Shown: positions 17,882 to 26,634, numbered from the stretch's first letter. The stretch is 32,000 bases of DNA from Pseudoalteromonas translucida KMM 520 (GCF_001465295.1 NZ_CP011034.1:3330001-3362000), one strand, 5' to 3'. Made by a program: numbers and translations. Notes: a model not told the origin generated them from the letters alone.

Positions 17882-19687
17882 TTACTGCGCTACTTTATCG
17901 TTTGCTGTTTTAACTAAATCTGCGGCAAAGTCCATTACATGAAATAAAAAGCTTTGCTCATTAGTGCCTGTAACTAAGTGCGCGCCAGGGCCCATAGCAT
18001 ATACGCCAACATCTTCACCAGCGTGTGTTTCTGAGCTCATTGGTACTAGCGCTTCTTGATGAAAACCAGGGGTTGTTGTATCAATATTGGTTAAATCAAC
18101 CCGCCCTGTTACTGGGCCAGAGCCATTATTTGCATCGGCATTAGTTTCACTGCCAAGGTTTTTAAAACCACCACCATTGGTGTAACCAAGCGTTGTATAT
18201 GGCATATCATCGGCCGCTAGGCTTGGCGTTGTTTCACCTACGCCCACCACTTTACCTAAAATAGGATTACCGCGTTTAGGGTAACCCGCAATGGTAAATA
18301 CATGGCTGTGATCGGCTGTTACAACAATAAGCGTTTCCTCTGGATTGGTGTTATCAACCGCAGCTTGTACTGCTTTTGCCAATTCAATGGTGTCGTTTAA
18401 AGCGTTATATGCATTACCCGCATGGTGCGCGTGATCAATACGACCCGACTCAACGGTTAAGAAAAAACCTTTATCGTTTTTGCCCAGTACATTTATGGCT
18501 TTTTCGGTCATTTGCGAAAGCGAAGGCTCGCCAGCAATATCATTTTTACGGTCAGCTTCGTATTGCATGTGGGATTCGTTAAACAGCCCAAATACTTTAG
18601 TAGCATCATCGCTAATTGCATCAAAACCGGTTTGATCCATTACGTAAGTACCATTTGGATATTGCGTTTTCCATTCACTAATTAAATTACGATTATCTGT
18701 TCGATCCCCTTCAACTGCACTTACTGCATCGGCTGAATTAAACGCAGCGTCTTTTGGTAAAAAGTGACGACGACCGCCTCCCATAACAACATCAATACCA
18801 TCTACATCAACACCATTAAAGCGCGCTTTGAGGTTGGCTTCAAAGTTAACCAGTTGCGATGCAATATCTTCACAATTAGCTGACTCGCTCGCAGGCATAT
18901 CAGAAATATCTTCCCAGTTACGATCGGCCGATTTAGCGTACATAGCTGCAGGGGTTGCATGAGTAATGCGGGCAGTTGAAATAATACCGGTCGCTTTACC
19001 CGCAATTTCAGCAAGCCCTAGTGAGGTAACTAGCTCATGCCCTTTGCCTGATACACAATTACCACGCTCAACCGCTTCATCAATACCAATAACCCCCACA
19101 TCGGTTTTAACCCCAGAGGCCATTGCCGTCATAGTACCTGCCGAGTCGGGCGTTTGTGCATCTACGTTATAGGTTTTTACAAAACCTGAATACGGCATAG
19201 TTTCAAAGCTTAATTGATGCTCCTCACCCATTTTGTCCTCTAGCTGCCCGGCTAAAATACGCGCTGCAGTTATTGTCGAAATTCCCATACCATCGCCAAC
19301 AAATAAAATAACATTTTTAGCCTTACCCGATTCAGTCACTATGCTGGCATTTGCTGTTTTTGTTGTTGCTAACTTAGTTTGTGCATCGCTAAACCAAGTA
19401 TTACTAGTAAGCGATGCTAACTGCTCGCTGCTAAGCGACGTAGCTGGTGCATTGCATACTAAGTTATTTGATGTAGCCTCACTGCTTTCTAATATTCCAT
19501 TACCATTGGTATCTTCGCCTGTTTGTGTTGCTACTCCACCGTTAACACATTGCTCGGACCCGACAGCAATTACGTTATTAACAGTTAATATACTATTTTG
19601 GTTTTTATCGCTGTCACTTGAGCAACCCGTTAGTGCAAGAGTTACTGCTAAAGAAAGTACCGTTAATTTTTTCATGTTAGCCGCCAT
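17882..19687 (-). CDS. phoA: Alkaline phosphatase (PhoA family), lipoprotein form with an extra ~75-aa N-terminal module
   Basis: Lipobox LALTG-C. The core motifs are FVGDGMG, the active-site TPDSAGTMTAM, GRIDHAHHAG and VTADHSH. The start overlaps the upstream stop by 1 nt (TAATG); an alternative start is the ATG at 19675 (MKKLTV..). Confidence 0.9.
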   Translation of the reverse strand: MAANMKKLTVLSLAVTLALTGCSSDSDKNQNSILTVNNVIAVGSEQCVNGGVATQTGEDTNGNGILESSEATSNNLVCNAPATSLSSEQLASLTSNTWFSDAQTKLATTKTANASIVTESGKAKNVILFVGDGMGISTITAARILAGQLEDKMGEEHQLSFETMPYSGFVKTYNVDAQTPDSAGTMTAMASGVKTDVGVIGIDEAVERGNCVSGKGHELVTSLGLAEIAGKATGIISTARITHATPAAMYAKSADRNWEDISDMPASESANCEDIASQLVNFEANLKARFNGVDVDGIDVVMGGGRRHFLPKDAAFNSADAVSAVEGDRTDNRNLISEWKTQYPNGTYVMDQTGFDAISDDATKVFGLFNESHMQYEADRKNDIAGEPSLSQMTEKAINVLGKNDKGFFLTVESGRIDHAHHAGNAYNALNDTIELAKAVQAAVDNTNPEETLIVVTADHSHVFTIAGYPKRGNPILGKVVGVGETTPSLAADDMPYTTLGYTNGGGFKNLGSETNADANNGSGPVTGRVDLTNIDTTTPGFHQEALVPMSSETHAGEDVGVYAMGPGAHLVTGTNEQSFLFHVMDFAADLVKTANDKVAQ

Positions 19688-21276
19688 TATTGCTGAGTTA
19701 GTTCAAGAGCTTGATTAATTATATGAAACACTACATTTTGCTCAATTACGCCCTGTGCAAGCTGAGCACCGGGGCCTTTTGCATGCAATGAAATGTCTTC
19801 ACCTGCGTGTGTTTCCGAAGCCAATGGCACTGTTGTTTCTTGATGAAAACCAGGGGTTGTTGTATCAATCCCTTGTAATTCAACGCGCCCTGCCACAGCA
19901 GCACTTGCATAGCTTGCATCGGCATCTGTTTCATCGCCTAAGTTTCTAAACCCTAAACCATTTGCGTAACCAACTGTGGTGTAAGGCTTGTTATCGGCAG
20001 CTAGACTGGGGGCTCTTTCGCCCACGGCCACAACTTGACCTAAAATTGGATTGCCACGTTTGGGGTAGCCCGCAATAGTAAATACATGGCTGTGATCGGC
20101 TGTGACTAAAATGAGGGTTTCTTCTGGATTGGTGTTATCAACCGCAGCTTGTACCGCTTTGGCTAACTCTATTGTGTCGTTAAGTGCATTATAAGCATTG
20201 CCCGCATGGTGCGCGTGATCAATACGACCCGATTCAACGGTTAAGAAAAAGCCTTTGTCGTTTTTGCCCAGCACTTCAATTGCTTTAGTGGTCATATCGG
20301 TAAGTGAAGGCTCGCCGGCAATATCGTTTGCGCGGTCTGCTTCGTATTGCATGTGAGATTCGTTAAATAAGCCAAATACTTTAGTAGCGTCATCGGCAAT
20401 ATTATCAAAGCCGGTTTGGTCCATAACATAAGTTGCAGTAGGGTATTGCGCTTGCCATTCACTAATTAAATTACGATTATCGGTACGATCCCCTTCTATT
20501 GCGCTTACTGCGTCTGTTGAATTAGCTGCTGCATCTTTGGGTAAAAAATGTCTACGCCCGCCGCCCATAACAACATCAAGGCCATCTATATCAGTACCAA
20601 CAAAACGCGCTTCAAGATTTTTTTCAAAGTTAATTAGTTGTGAGGCAATATCTTCACAACCAGCTGCAATTGCATCCTCTGGCATATCAGAAATATCTTC
20701 CCAGTTACGATCGGCCGATTTAGCATACGTTGCTGCAGGCGTTGCATGGGTAATTCGCGCTGTTGAAATAACCCCAGTTGCTAGGCCTTTAATTTCTGCT
20801 AGCTCTGTTGCTGTTAGTAACTCGTTGCCCGCAACTGTTGAACACACCCCACGCTCTATATTTTCGTTAACACCAATTACACCAACATCGGTTTTCACAC
20901 CCGAGATCATCGCGGTCATAGTGCCCGCAGAGTCGGGAGTTTGTGCATCTACGTTATAGGTTTTAACTTGTGCAGAATACGGAAATGTCTCAAAGCTTAA
21001 ATAACCCTCCTCCCCCGATTGGTTATTACGTTGTCCTTGTAAAATACGTGCGGCGGTTAGTGTTGATACCCCCATACCATCACCAACAAATAAAATTATA
21101 TTTTTTGCTTTGGTGGCTTTAACACTCTGCGCTTGGGTGGTTTTTGTTGTTAGTTTTGTTTGCGCAGCGCTATACCAACTGCTGTCTTTTTGGCTTTGCG
21201 GTAGTACATCGGCATAACTCGCTGCGTTAAACGCAAATGTTAGCGCTATTGCCGCAGCAACTTTTTTAATTTTCAT
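19687..21276 (-). CDS. phoA: Alkaline phosphatase (PhoA family), Sec-secreted paralogue
   Basis: Signal peptide MKIKKVAAAIALTFAFNAASYA. It has the same catalytic motifs as the downstream paralogue (FVGDGMG, TPDSAGTMTAM, GRIDHAHHAG, VTADHSH). Confidence 0.9.
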   Translation of the reverse strand: MKIKKVAAAIALTFAFNAASYADVLPQSQKDSSWYSAAQTKLTTKTTQAQSVKATKAKNIILFVGDGMGVSTLTAARILQGQRNNQSGEEGYLSFETFPYSAQVKTYNVDAQTPDSAGTMTAMISGVKTDVGVIGVNENIERGVCSTVAGNELLTATELAEIKGLATGVISTARITHATPAATYAKSADRNWEDISDMPEDAIAAGCEDIASQLINFEKNLEARFVGTDIDGLDVVMGGGRRHFLPKDAAANSTDAVSAIEGDRTDNRNLISEWQAQYPTATYVMDQTGFDNIADDATKVFGLFNESHMQYEADRANDIAGEPSLTDMTTKAIEVLGKNDKGFFLTVESGRIDHAHHAGNAYNALNDTIELAKAVQAAVDNTNPEETLILVTADHSHVFTIAGYPKRGNPILGQVVAVGERAPSLAADNKPYTTVGYANGLGFRNLGDETDADASYASAAVAGRVELQGIDTTTPGFHQETTVPLASETHAGEDISLHAKGPGAQLAQGVIEQNVVFHIINQALELTQQ

Positions 21277-21343
21277 CCATAATTCCCATTATTTAGTGAT
21301 TATTTTTTAAAAAATGTGTGACCACAAAAAGATCAACCGCTGC

Positions 21344-21399
21344 ACTATAAAAAACAGATATGACTAATAAAGGTAATTTTTATGAAAGTTAAATGACTA
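21344..21399 (-). promoter_or_regulatory. Tandem Pho boxes plus -10 element for the alkaline phosphatase operon
   Basis: The minus strand reads TAGTCAT-ttaa-CTTTCAT-aaaa-ATTACCT-ttat-TAGTCAT (21399-21360). These are four 7-mers in strict 11-bp phase, three of which match CTGTCAT at 5-6 of 7 positions. After a 10-nt spacer comes TATAGT (21349-21344). The ATG at 21276 lies about 68 nt further downstream. Confidence 0.6.
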
Positions 21400-21532
21400 A
21401 ATTTATGAATGTAATTACTATAAAATCAAAACGCATTAAAAACACAAAACAAAGTGAAAAAATAAAACCCTTAATTTACAAAAGGATATGAAATAATTAT
21501 ACCATTTTATATAACTTTTAATTATATAAGGC

Positions 21533-21561
21533 TTGCTACATGTTTTAACTTACTCTAACAT
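21533..21561 (+). promoter_or_regulatory. Sigma-70-type promoter for the first csp gene
   Basis: TTGCTA (21533-21538), a 17-nt spacer, then TAACAT (21556-21561). This predicts a ~150-nt leader, as in E. coli cspA. Confidence 0.45.
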
Positions 21562-21590
21562 GCCTGCATCGGGTTGATTGAAAACCCAGC

Positions 21591-21715
21591 TTATTTGTAA
21601 GTACCACGTTGTTATTAGTAATAATCCTGCGCGTTATCCTCAGTTATATGCTTGTTTTCTCCCTGTTAAATTGCCTATTTTAAGGCACACTTTTATTAAT
21701 TCTTAGGATACTATT
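21591..21715 (+). promoter_or_regulatory. Long conserved csp 5' UTR, copy 1 (candidate cold-responsive leader)
   Basis: TTATTTGTAAGTACCACGTTGTTATTAGTAATAATCCTGCGCGTTATCCTCA and ...AGGCACACTTTTATTAATTCTTAGGATAC are repeated almost verbatim upstream of the second csp gene. Confidence 0.6.
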
Positions 21716-21925
21716 ATGTCTAATACTACAACTGGTACAGTAAAATTTTTTAACGAAGCAAAAGGTTTTGGCTTTATCGAGCAAGAATCTGGCGCAGACG
21801 TTTTTGCACATTTCAGTGCAATTTCAGGCGACGGTTTCAAAACTTTAGCTGAAGGCCAACGTGTACAGTTTACTGTTACTCAAGGTCAAAAAGGCCCACA
21901 AGCCGAAAACATTGTTTGCATCTAA
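21716..21925 (+). CDS. cspA: Cold-shock protein (CspA family), copy 1
   Basis: 69 aa. It has RNP1 KGFGFI and RNP2 VFAHF, and the canonical [15 protein letters not shown] start. Confidence 0.95.
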   Translation: MSNTTTGTVKFFNEAKGFGFIEQESGADVFAHFSAISGDGFKTLAEGQRVQFTVTQGQKGPQAENIVCI

Positions 21926-21939
21926 TTGCATAACAATTT

Positions 21940-21961
21940 AATGGGTTAGCAATAACCCATT
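21940..21961 (+). terminator. Stem-loop after csp copy 1 (weak terminator or RNA-stabilising hairpin)
   Basis: AATGGGTTA-gcaa-TAACCCATT is a perfect 9-bp stem, but no U tract follows. Read-through into copy 2 is plausible. Confidence 0.4.
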
Positions 21962-21990
21962 TAGAATACTAGTTTGAAAGAAGTTCTGTT

Positions 21991-22112
21991 TTATTTGTTA
22001 GTACCCCGTTGTTTTAGTAATAATCCTACGCGTTATCCTCAAGTTAACTATTTTTTCCGGCTCAATCGCCTCTTTTCAGGCACACTTATATTAATTTTTT
22101 AGGATACATATT
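21991..22112 (+). promoter_or_regulatory. Long conserved csp 5' UTR, copy 2
   Basis: TTATTTGTTAGTACCCCGTTGTTTTAGTAATAATCCTACGCGTTATCCTCAA and ...AGGCACACTTATATTAATTTTTTAGGATAC are about 90% identical by eye to copy 1 across the two conserved blocks. A TAGAAT hexamer lies at 21962-21967. Confidence 0.6.
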
Positions 22113-22322
22113 ATGTCTAATACAACTACTGGTTCAGTAAAATGGTTTAACGAAGCAAAAGGTTTTGGCTTTATCGAGCAAGAATCTGGCGCAGACGTTT
22201 TTGCACATTTTAGTGCTATTGTTAGCGACGGTTTCAAAACTTTAGCTGAAGGCCAACGTGTACAGTTTACTGTTACTCAAGGTCAAAAAGGCCCACAAGC
22301 CGAAAACATTGTTTGTATATAA
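22113..22322 (+). CDS. cspA: Cold-shock protein (CspA family), copy 2
   Basis: 69 aa, identical to copy 1 at 65 of 69 residues (T8S, F11W, S37V, G38S). Confidence 0.95.
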   Translation: MSNTTTGSVKWFNEAKGFGFIEQESGADVFAHFSAIVSDGFKTLAEGQRVQFTVTQGQKGPQAENIVCI

Positions 22323-22355
22323 ACACTGTTAAATAATACGCTTTAGTGTATTAAC

Positions 22356-22394
22356 AGCTCACATATAATTAATTTGTCTGTGAGCTAATTTTTT
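22356..22394 (+). terminator. Rho-independent terminator after csp copy 2
   Basis: AGCTCACA-(15-nt loop)-TGTGAGCT is followed by AATTTTTT. Confidence 0.65.
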
Positions 22395-22593
22395 ACCACT
22401 TATATTAAGTAATTGGTATTACTAAATATTTAAAATTGAGTATGTACTATGCAGCTTAATTTATTTTCGACTCACTGTCCGAGTCAGTCTCGCCTTATGC
22501 TTTATTCCACCTTATCTTTATCAATCTTAAGTCTTTTATATTCCTAGTTTGTAGATACACAGTAAAAGCGCTGGGCGAATTTAAGAGAGTTTT

Positions 22594-24843
22594 ATGAATT
22601 TGAACCCAACCGCACAATTATCATCACCAATTTATGACAACCCGATCCCGGGTCGTGAATTTATTTTAAGCCTTTTTGGCAAAATGAAAAAAAACCTTAA
22701 CCGTGAACAAATCGCGCATGCCTTAGAGCTAAAAAACGCTGAGCAAAAAGAAGCGCTCAGAAGACGTTTACGCGCCATGGAACGCGACGGCCAACTTATG
22801 TTTAGCCAACACAAAGGTTACCAAGTTATTGATCAAACCTTACTTGTGAGCGGTGTAATTACCCTGCATGCAGATGGCTTTGGTTTCGTTAATTATAGCG
22901 CCAGCGAAAAAGATTTATTTATCGCTAAAAACCAGTTAGCCCACGTATTTGAAGGCGATATAGTACAAATACTACAAGAGGCTGCTAGTCATAAACGTTC
23001 AAACAATAAATTAATAAAAATTATTGAGCGTAAAACCACCCATTTAGCCGGTATATTAAAACGCCAAGGCAAAGACTACGTACTCGTAGCCGATAACACA
23101 AAATGCCCACAAAAAGTGCAAGTAGCGCAGTGCCAATTAGCAAACACCAGTGTGGGCCAGTATGTAAATACTAAAATTACCCAGTACCCTACTTTTCGCC
23201 ATGCAACTCAAGTGCAAATAACCGAGGTACTTGGTCTTCCTCACTCTGCAGGTATGGAAACAAAGCTTGCGCTGCGTCGCCATGGTGTTGCAGATAGCTG
23301 GAGCAAGGATTTACTAGTACAAGCAAGTTCACTTGGTAATAAAGTAACCGAGCAAGATAAATTAGCGCGTGTAGATTACCGCTTGTTTCCATTTGTTACT
23401 ATTGATGGCGAAGACGCAAAAGATTTTGACGACGCCGTATACTGCGAAAGAACAGAGCAAGGAAACTGGCGTTTACTGGTCGCTATTGCCGATGTATCGC
23501 ATTATGTAAAACCCAATGATGTGTTAGATATAGAAGCGCAGCAACGTGCCACCTCTATTTATTGCCCGGGGCAAGTTGTTCCTATGCTGCCAGAAGCATT
23601 ATCAAATGGCCTATGTTCGTTAAACCCAAATGAAGATCGCCTGGTATTAGTGTGTGATATGACCATTAACCAAGATGGCCAAGTGACTCAAGCTAATTTT
23701 ACAGAGGGGCTGATCCACTCACATGCAAGGCTAACCTACACACAAGCACATGCTGTAATTGCTAAACCCCATTCTAGCCCAGCTAAACAATTAGCCGAGT
23801 TGAATGCTGATGTGTCACCACTGATTAAAAATTTGCATTATCTTTATTTAGATTTAAGCGCAGCGCGCAAACTTCGCGGCGCTATTGATTTTGATACGCA
23901 AGAGCTCAAGCTTAATCTGAATAAAAATCAAAAAATTACCAGCATTGAGCCAATAGAGCGCAATGACGCACACCGCATGATTGAAGAATTCATGCTGTGT
24001 GCTAACGTGTGTACCGCACAATTTTTAGATAAACACCAAATCCCCGGATTATTTAGAGTACATGCAGGGCCACAACAGAAAAAGCTACAAACGCTACGGG
24101 CACTCCTAGCCGAAAAAGGACTGCAGCTTGGCGGCGGTGATAAGCCAACGCCAGCCGATTATAATAAACTACTAAATAACATTAGTCAGCGCAGCGATGC
24201 CAGCGTGATCCGTACTTTATTACTGCGCTCACAATCGCAAGCCGAATACTCGGCTAATAACCAAGGTCACTTTGGTTTAGCATACGAAGCCTATGCACAT
24301 TTTACCTCGCCAATTCGTCGTTATGCAGATTTAGTAACCCATCGTGCAATTCGCGCCAAAATTCAGGCTAAGCAGCAAAATGGTTTACAGCGGGCGATAA
24401 GCTTCTTAAATGTGTTTGCTAATAAAACGTCTAACGTTAGCAAATTAGCTAAAAAGGCATACCCTTATAACCTTGAAAGTATAGAAACATTAAGCTTACA
24501 TTGCTCAGCGCAATCGCGCAAAGCCAACGATATTGGCCGTGAAGTAGAAAGCGCCTTAAAATGTAGCTACATGGAAAAATACCTTGGCGATACATTTACC
24601 GCCACTATTAGTGGTGTATCAAGCGCTGGCTTTTTTGTTGAGCTCGACTGCACAGGCGTTGAGGGTTTAGTAGCGGTGAGTAGCTTCAGCCAAGGTGAAT
24701 TTGTATTTAATGCTGCCAAACAACAGTGGAGCAACAGCAAGCAAAAATTTACTATTGGTGAGCGTGTGAACGTGACCTTAAAAAGTATTGACTTACGCCA
24801 ACGCAAAATGAGCTTTTCACTGGCTAGTTTAACGTTTCATTAA
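22594..24843 (+). CDS. rnr: Ribonuclease R (3'-5' exoribonuclease, RNB family)
   Basis: The N-terminus YDNPIPGREFIL...ALRRRLRAMERDGQLMF parallels E. coli RNase R (YANPIPSREFIL...GLRRRLRAMERDGQLVF). The RNB core is VTIDGEDAKDFDDAVYCE...VAIADVSHYV...HFGLAYEAYAHFTSPIRRYADLVTHRAI. A C-terminal S1 domain is present, but the Lys-rich tail of the E. coli enzyme is absent. Confidence 0.9.
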   Translation: MNLNPTAQLSSPIYDNPIPGREFILSLFGKMKKNLNREQIAHALELKNAEQKEALRRRLRAMERDGQLMFSQHKGYQVIDQTLLVSGVITLHADGFGFVNYSASEKDLFIAKNQLAHVFEGDIVQILQEAASHKRSNNKLIKIIERKTTHLAGILKRQGKDYVLVADNTKCPQKVQVAQCQLANTSVGQYVNTKITQYPTFRHATQVQITEVLGLPHSAGMETKLALRRHGVADSWSKDLLVQASSLGNKVTEQDKLARVDYRLFPFVTIDGEDAKDFDDAVYCERTEQGNWRLLVAIADVSHYVKPNDVLDIEAQQRATSIYCPGQVVPMLPEALSNGLCSLNPNEDRLVLVCDMTINQDGQVTQANFTEGLIHSHARLTYTQAHAVIAKPHSSPAKQLAELNADVSPLIKNLHYLYLDLSAARKLRGAIDFDTQELKLNLNKNQKITSIEPIERNDAHRMIEEFMLCANVCTAQFLDKHQIPGLFRVHAGPQQKKLQTLRALLAEKGLQLGGGDKPTPADYNKLLNNISQRSDASVIRTLLLRSQSQAEYSANNQGHFGLAYEAYAHFTSPIRRYADLVTHRAIRAKIQAKQQNGLQRAISFLNVFANKTSNVSKLAKKAYPYNLESIETLSLHCSAQSRKANDIGREVESALKCSYMEKYLGDTFTATISGVSSAGFFVELDCTGVEGLVAVSSFSQGEFVFNAAKQQWSNSKQKFTIGERVNVTLKSIDLRQRKMSFSLASLTFH

Positions 24844-25000
24844 TTGCAGACAAGCTGCACTGTTAGTTATTAATTTAAACCGCCGCGCTTAACTGTGAAG
24901 TTTAATAGCTAACTTTATTAGCATTTATTGTTGTCGTGCTTGAGCATAACACCTGTATTGCCTACAATAGCGCACTATCTATTCAATGCAGATCACAATT

Positions 25001-25246
25001 ATGACTGATACAAATAAACCAGAGTTACCAGACCAACTTTCGATTAATCCACGCAGCAAGTTTTATGTAGAAGAAGTATTCGAACATGAAATTGGTGTAA
25101 CTCTGAACGGCAAAGAGCGTTTTGACGTTGAAGAATACTGCATCAGCGAAAGCTGGATCAAAGTTGCCGCACCTAAAGCGCTAGATCGTCGTGGCCAACC
25201 ATTACTTATAAAAGTAAAAGGTACTGTAGACGTATTTTATAAATAA
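25001..25246 (+). CDS. Small conserved protein, DUF3297-like
   Basis: This is track ORF 24986-25246, and I prefer the ATG at 25001. PDQLSINPRSKFY...GVTLNGKERFDVEEYCISESWIKVAAPKALDRRGQPLLIKVKGTVDVFY fits my recollection of the ~80-aa DUF3297 family. The family assignment is from memory only. Confidence 0.55.
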   Translation: MTDTNKPELPDQLSINPRSKFYVEEVFEHEIGVTLNGKERFDVEEYCISESWIKVAAPKALDRRGQPLLIKVKGTVDVFYK

Positions 25247-25266
25247 AACACTGATGCAGTACAAAG

Positions 25267-25290
25267 AAGCCGACGTAACGTCGGCTTTTT
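25267..25290. terminator. Bidirectional rho-independent terminator between convergent genes
   Basis: AAGCCGACG-taa-CGTCGGCTT is flanked by an A-rich tract on the left and TTTTT on the right. Confidence 0.85.
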
Positions 25291-25329
25291 AGATCAATGT
25301 TTACTCTAATTACTTAACTTGAACTCCGG

Positions 25330-26634
25330 TTACTTAGATTTACCTCGCCAACCAGCCCAAACATCGTCTTCAAGATCTGCTTTTTTGTTCTTTTTCTTGC
25401 CTGTGCCTTCGGGTTTTGCCATTGGCTTTTCGTTTTTAAGCGCCTGTGCAGCATCAATATTCGCTTGGTTCACTGCAAAGCCTGCCACTTGCTCGCGCTC
25501 AAGACGTAGTTTATTTTTCTTCTCAATTATTTTAAAGTGATGCAAATCTTCATAATCAACTAATGAAAGCGCTAAACCCACTTCACCTGCACGGCCGCTG
25601 CGGCCAATACGGTGCATATAATCAGCAGGGCTGCGTGGCAGGTTAAAGTTTATTACCACTGGCAGCTTTTCAATATCTAAACCACGTGCTGCAATATCAG
25701 TTGCTATTAGCACTTCAATTTCGCCTGCTTTAAACTTTTCGATTACCCGGGTACGTTCACTTTGGCCTTTATCGCCATGAAACACTTGCGCGTTAACACC
25801 ACGTTTTTCAAGCTTTTGCGCTAAGTGTTCACAATCTTTTTTAGCATTAACAAAAATAAGTGCTTGGCGCCATTTATGGGTTTTAATTAAATGCGCTAAA
25901 ACAGTAGTTTTCTCGCCTTTATTAACGCTAAACACACGCTGTACTAACGTGCTTTCGTCTTTGCTTTGAACTTGTATTTCAACAGGGTCGTTTAATAAAT
26001 CTTGTGTTAATAGCTTAACTTGCTCTGGGAAAGTGGCTGAAAATAACATAGTTTGTTTTTTAGCAGGCATTAACGCTAATAACTCAGCAAGCTCTTCGGT
26101 AAAGCCAAGGCTTAGCATACGGTCGGCTTCATCAAGCACGAGTGTACTTAGTTTATCTAGCTTAATAGCATTGCTTGAGATTAAATCGAGTAAGCGACCT
26201 GGTGTTGCTACTATAATATCAGTGCCACCACGAAGAGCCTGCATTTGTGTATTAACCGATACACCACCAAACACAGCAACCGTTTTAATTGCACCATTAA
26301 AGTTAGCAGAATACGATTTAACGCTATCGGCTACTTGCGTAGCAAGCTCACGAGTAGGTACTAAAATAAGCCCTGTAACAAAGTTACCTTTGCTCGCTGT
26401 GCTTTTACTACCTTGCTCAAGGAACATTTTTTGTAGCATTGGCAGCGCAAACGTTGCTGTTTTACCAGAGCCCGTATTTGCCCCAGCAATTAAATCACTG
26501 CCCGCAAGCACACTAGGTATAGCCTTAGCTTGAATTGGCGTAGGCTGGGTATATTCCAAATCGGTTAAACGAGCTAATAGCTCTGGAATAAGGCCAAGTT
26601 CGTTAAAAGTGCTAGGGCTTGTGGCTGAGGTCAT
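25330..26634 (-). CDS. rhlE: DEAD-box ATP-dependent RNA helicase (RhlE-like)
   Basis: It has the Q motif FNELGL...PTPIQ, motif I ANTGSGKT, motif Ia PTRELA, motif II VLDEADRML, motif III SAT, motif VI HRIGRSGRAG, and a short basic tail KKKNKK. Confidence 0.9.
   Translation of the reverse strand: MTSATSPSTFNELGLIPELLARLTDLEYTQPTPIQAKAIPSVLAGSDLIAGANTGSGKTATFALPMLQKMFLEQGSKSTASKGNFVTGLILVPTRELATQVADSVKSYSANFNGAIKTVAVFGGVSVNTQMQALRGGTDIIVATPGRLLDLISSNAIKLDKLSTLVLDEADRMLSLGFTEELAELLALMPAKKQTMLFSATFPEQVKLLTQDLLNDPVEIQVQSKDESTLVQRVFSVNKGEKTTVLAHLIKTHKWRQALIFVNAKKDCEHLAQKLEKRGVNAQVFHGDKGQSERTRVIEKFKAGEIEVLIATDIAARGLDIEKLPVVINFNLPRSPADYMHRIGRSGRAGEVGLALSLVDYEDLHHFKIIEKKNKLRLEREQVAGFAVNQANIDAAQALKNEKPMAKPEGTGKKKNKKADLEDDVWAGWRGKSK

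Noticed and set aside
18966-20959. Plus-strand ORFs antisense to the alkaline phosphatase genes (18966-19172, 19233-19718, 20537-20959; also 18376-18582 and 19755-19949)
   Set aside because: They are Ser/Ala/Pro/Leu-rich low-complexity translations that mirror the codon structure of strongly supported minus-strand genes. They have no start context or motifs.
26033-26533. 166-aa ORF antisense to the DEAD-box helicase (also 25319-25540)
   Set aside because: It has the same shadow-frame signature (Ser/Ala/Leu-rich) and lies entirely inside a gene with all helicase motifs intact.
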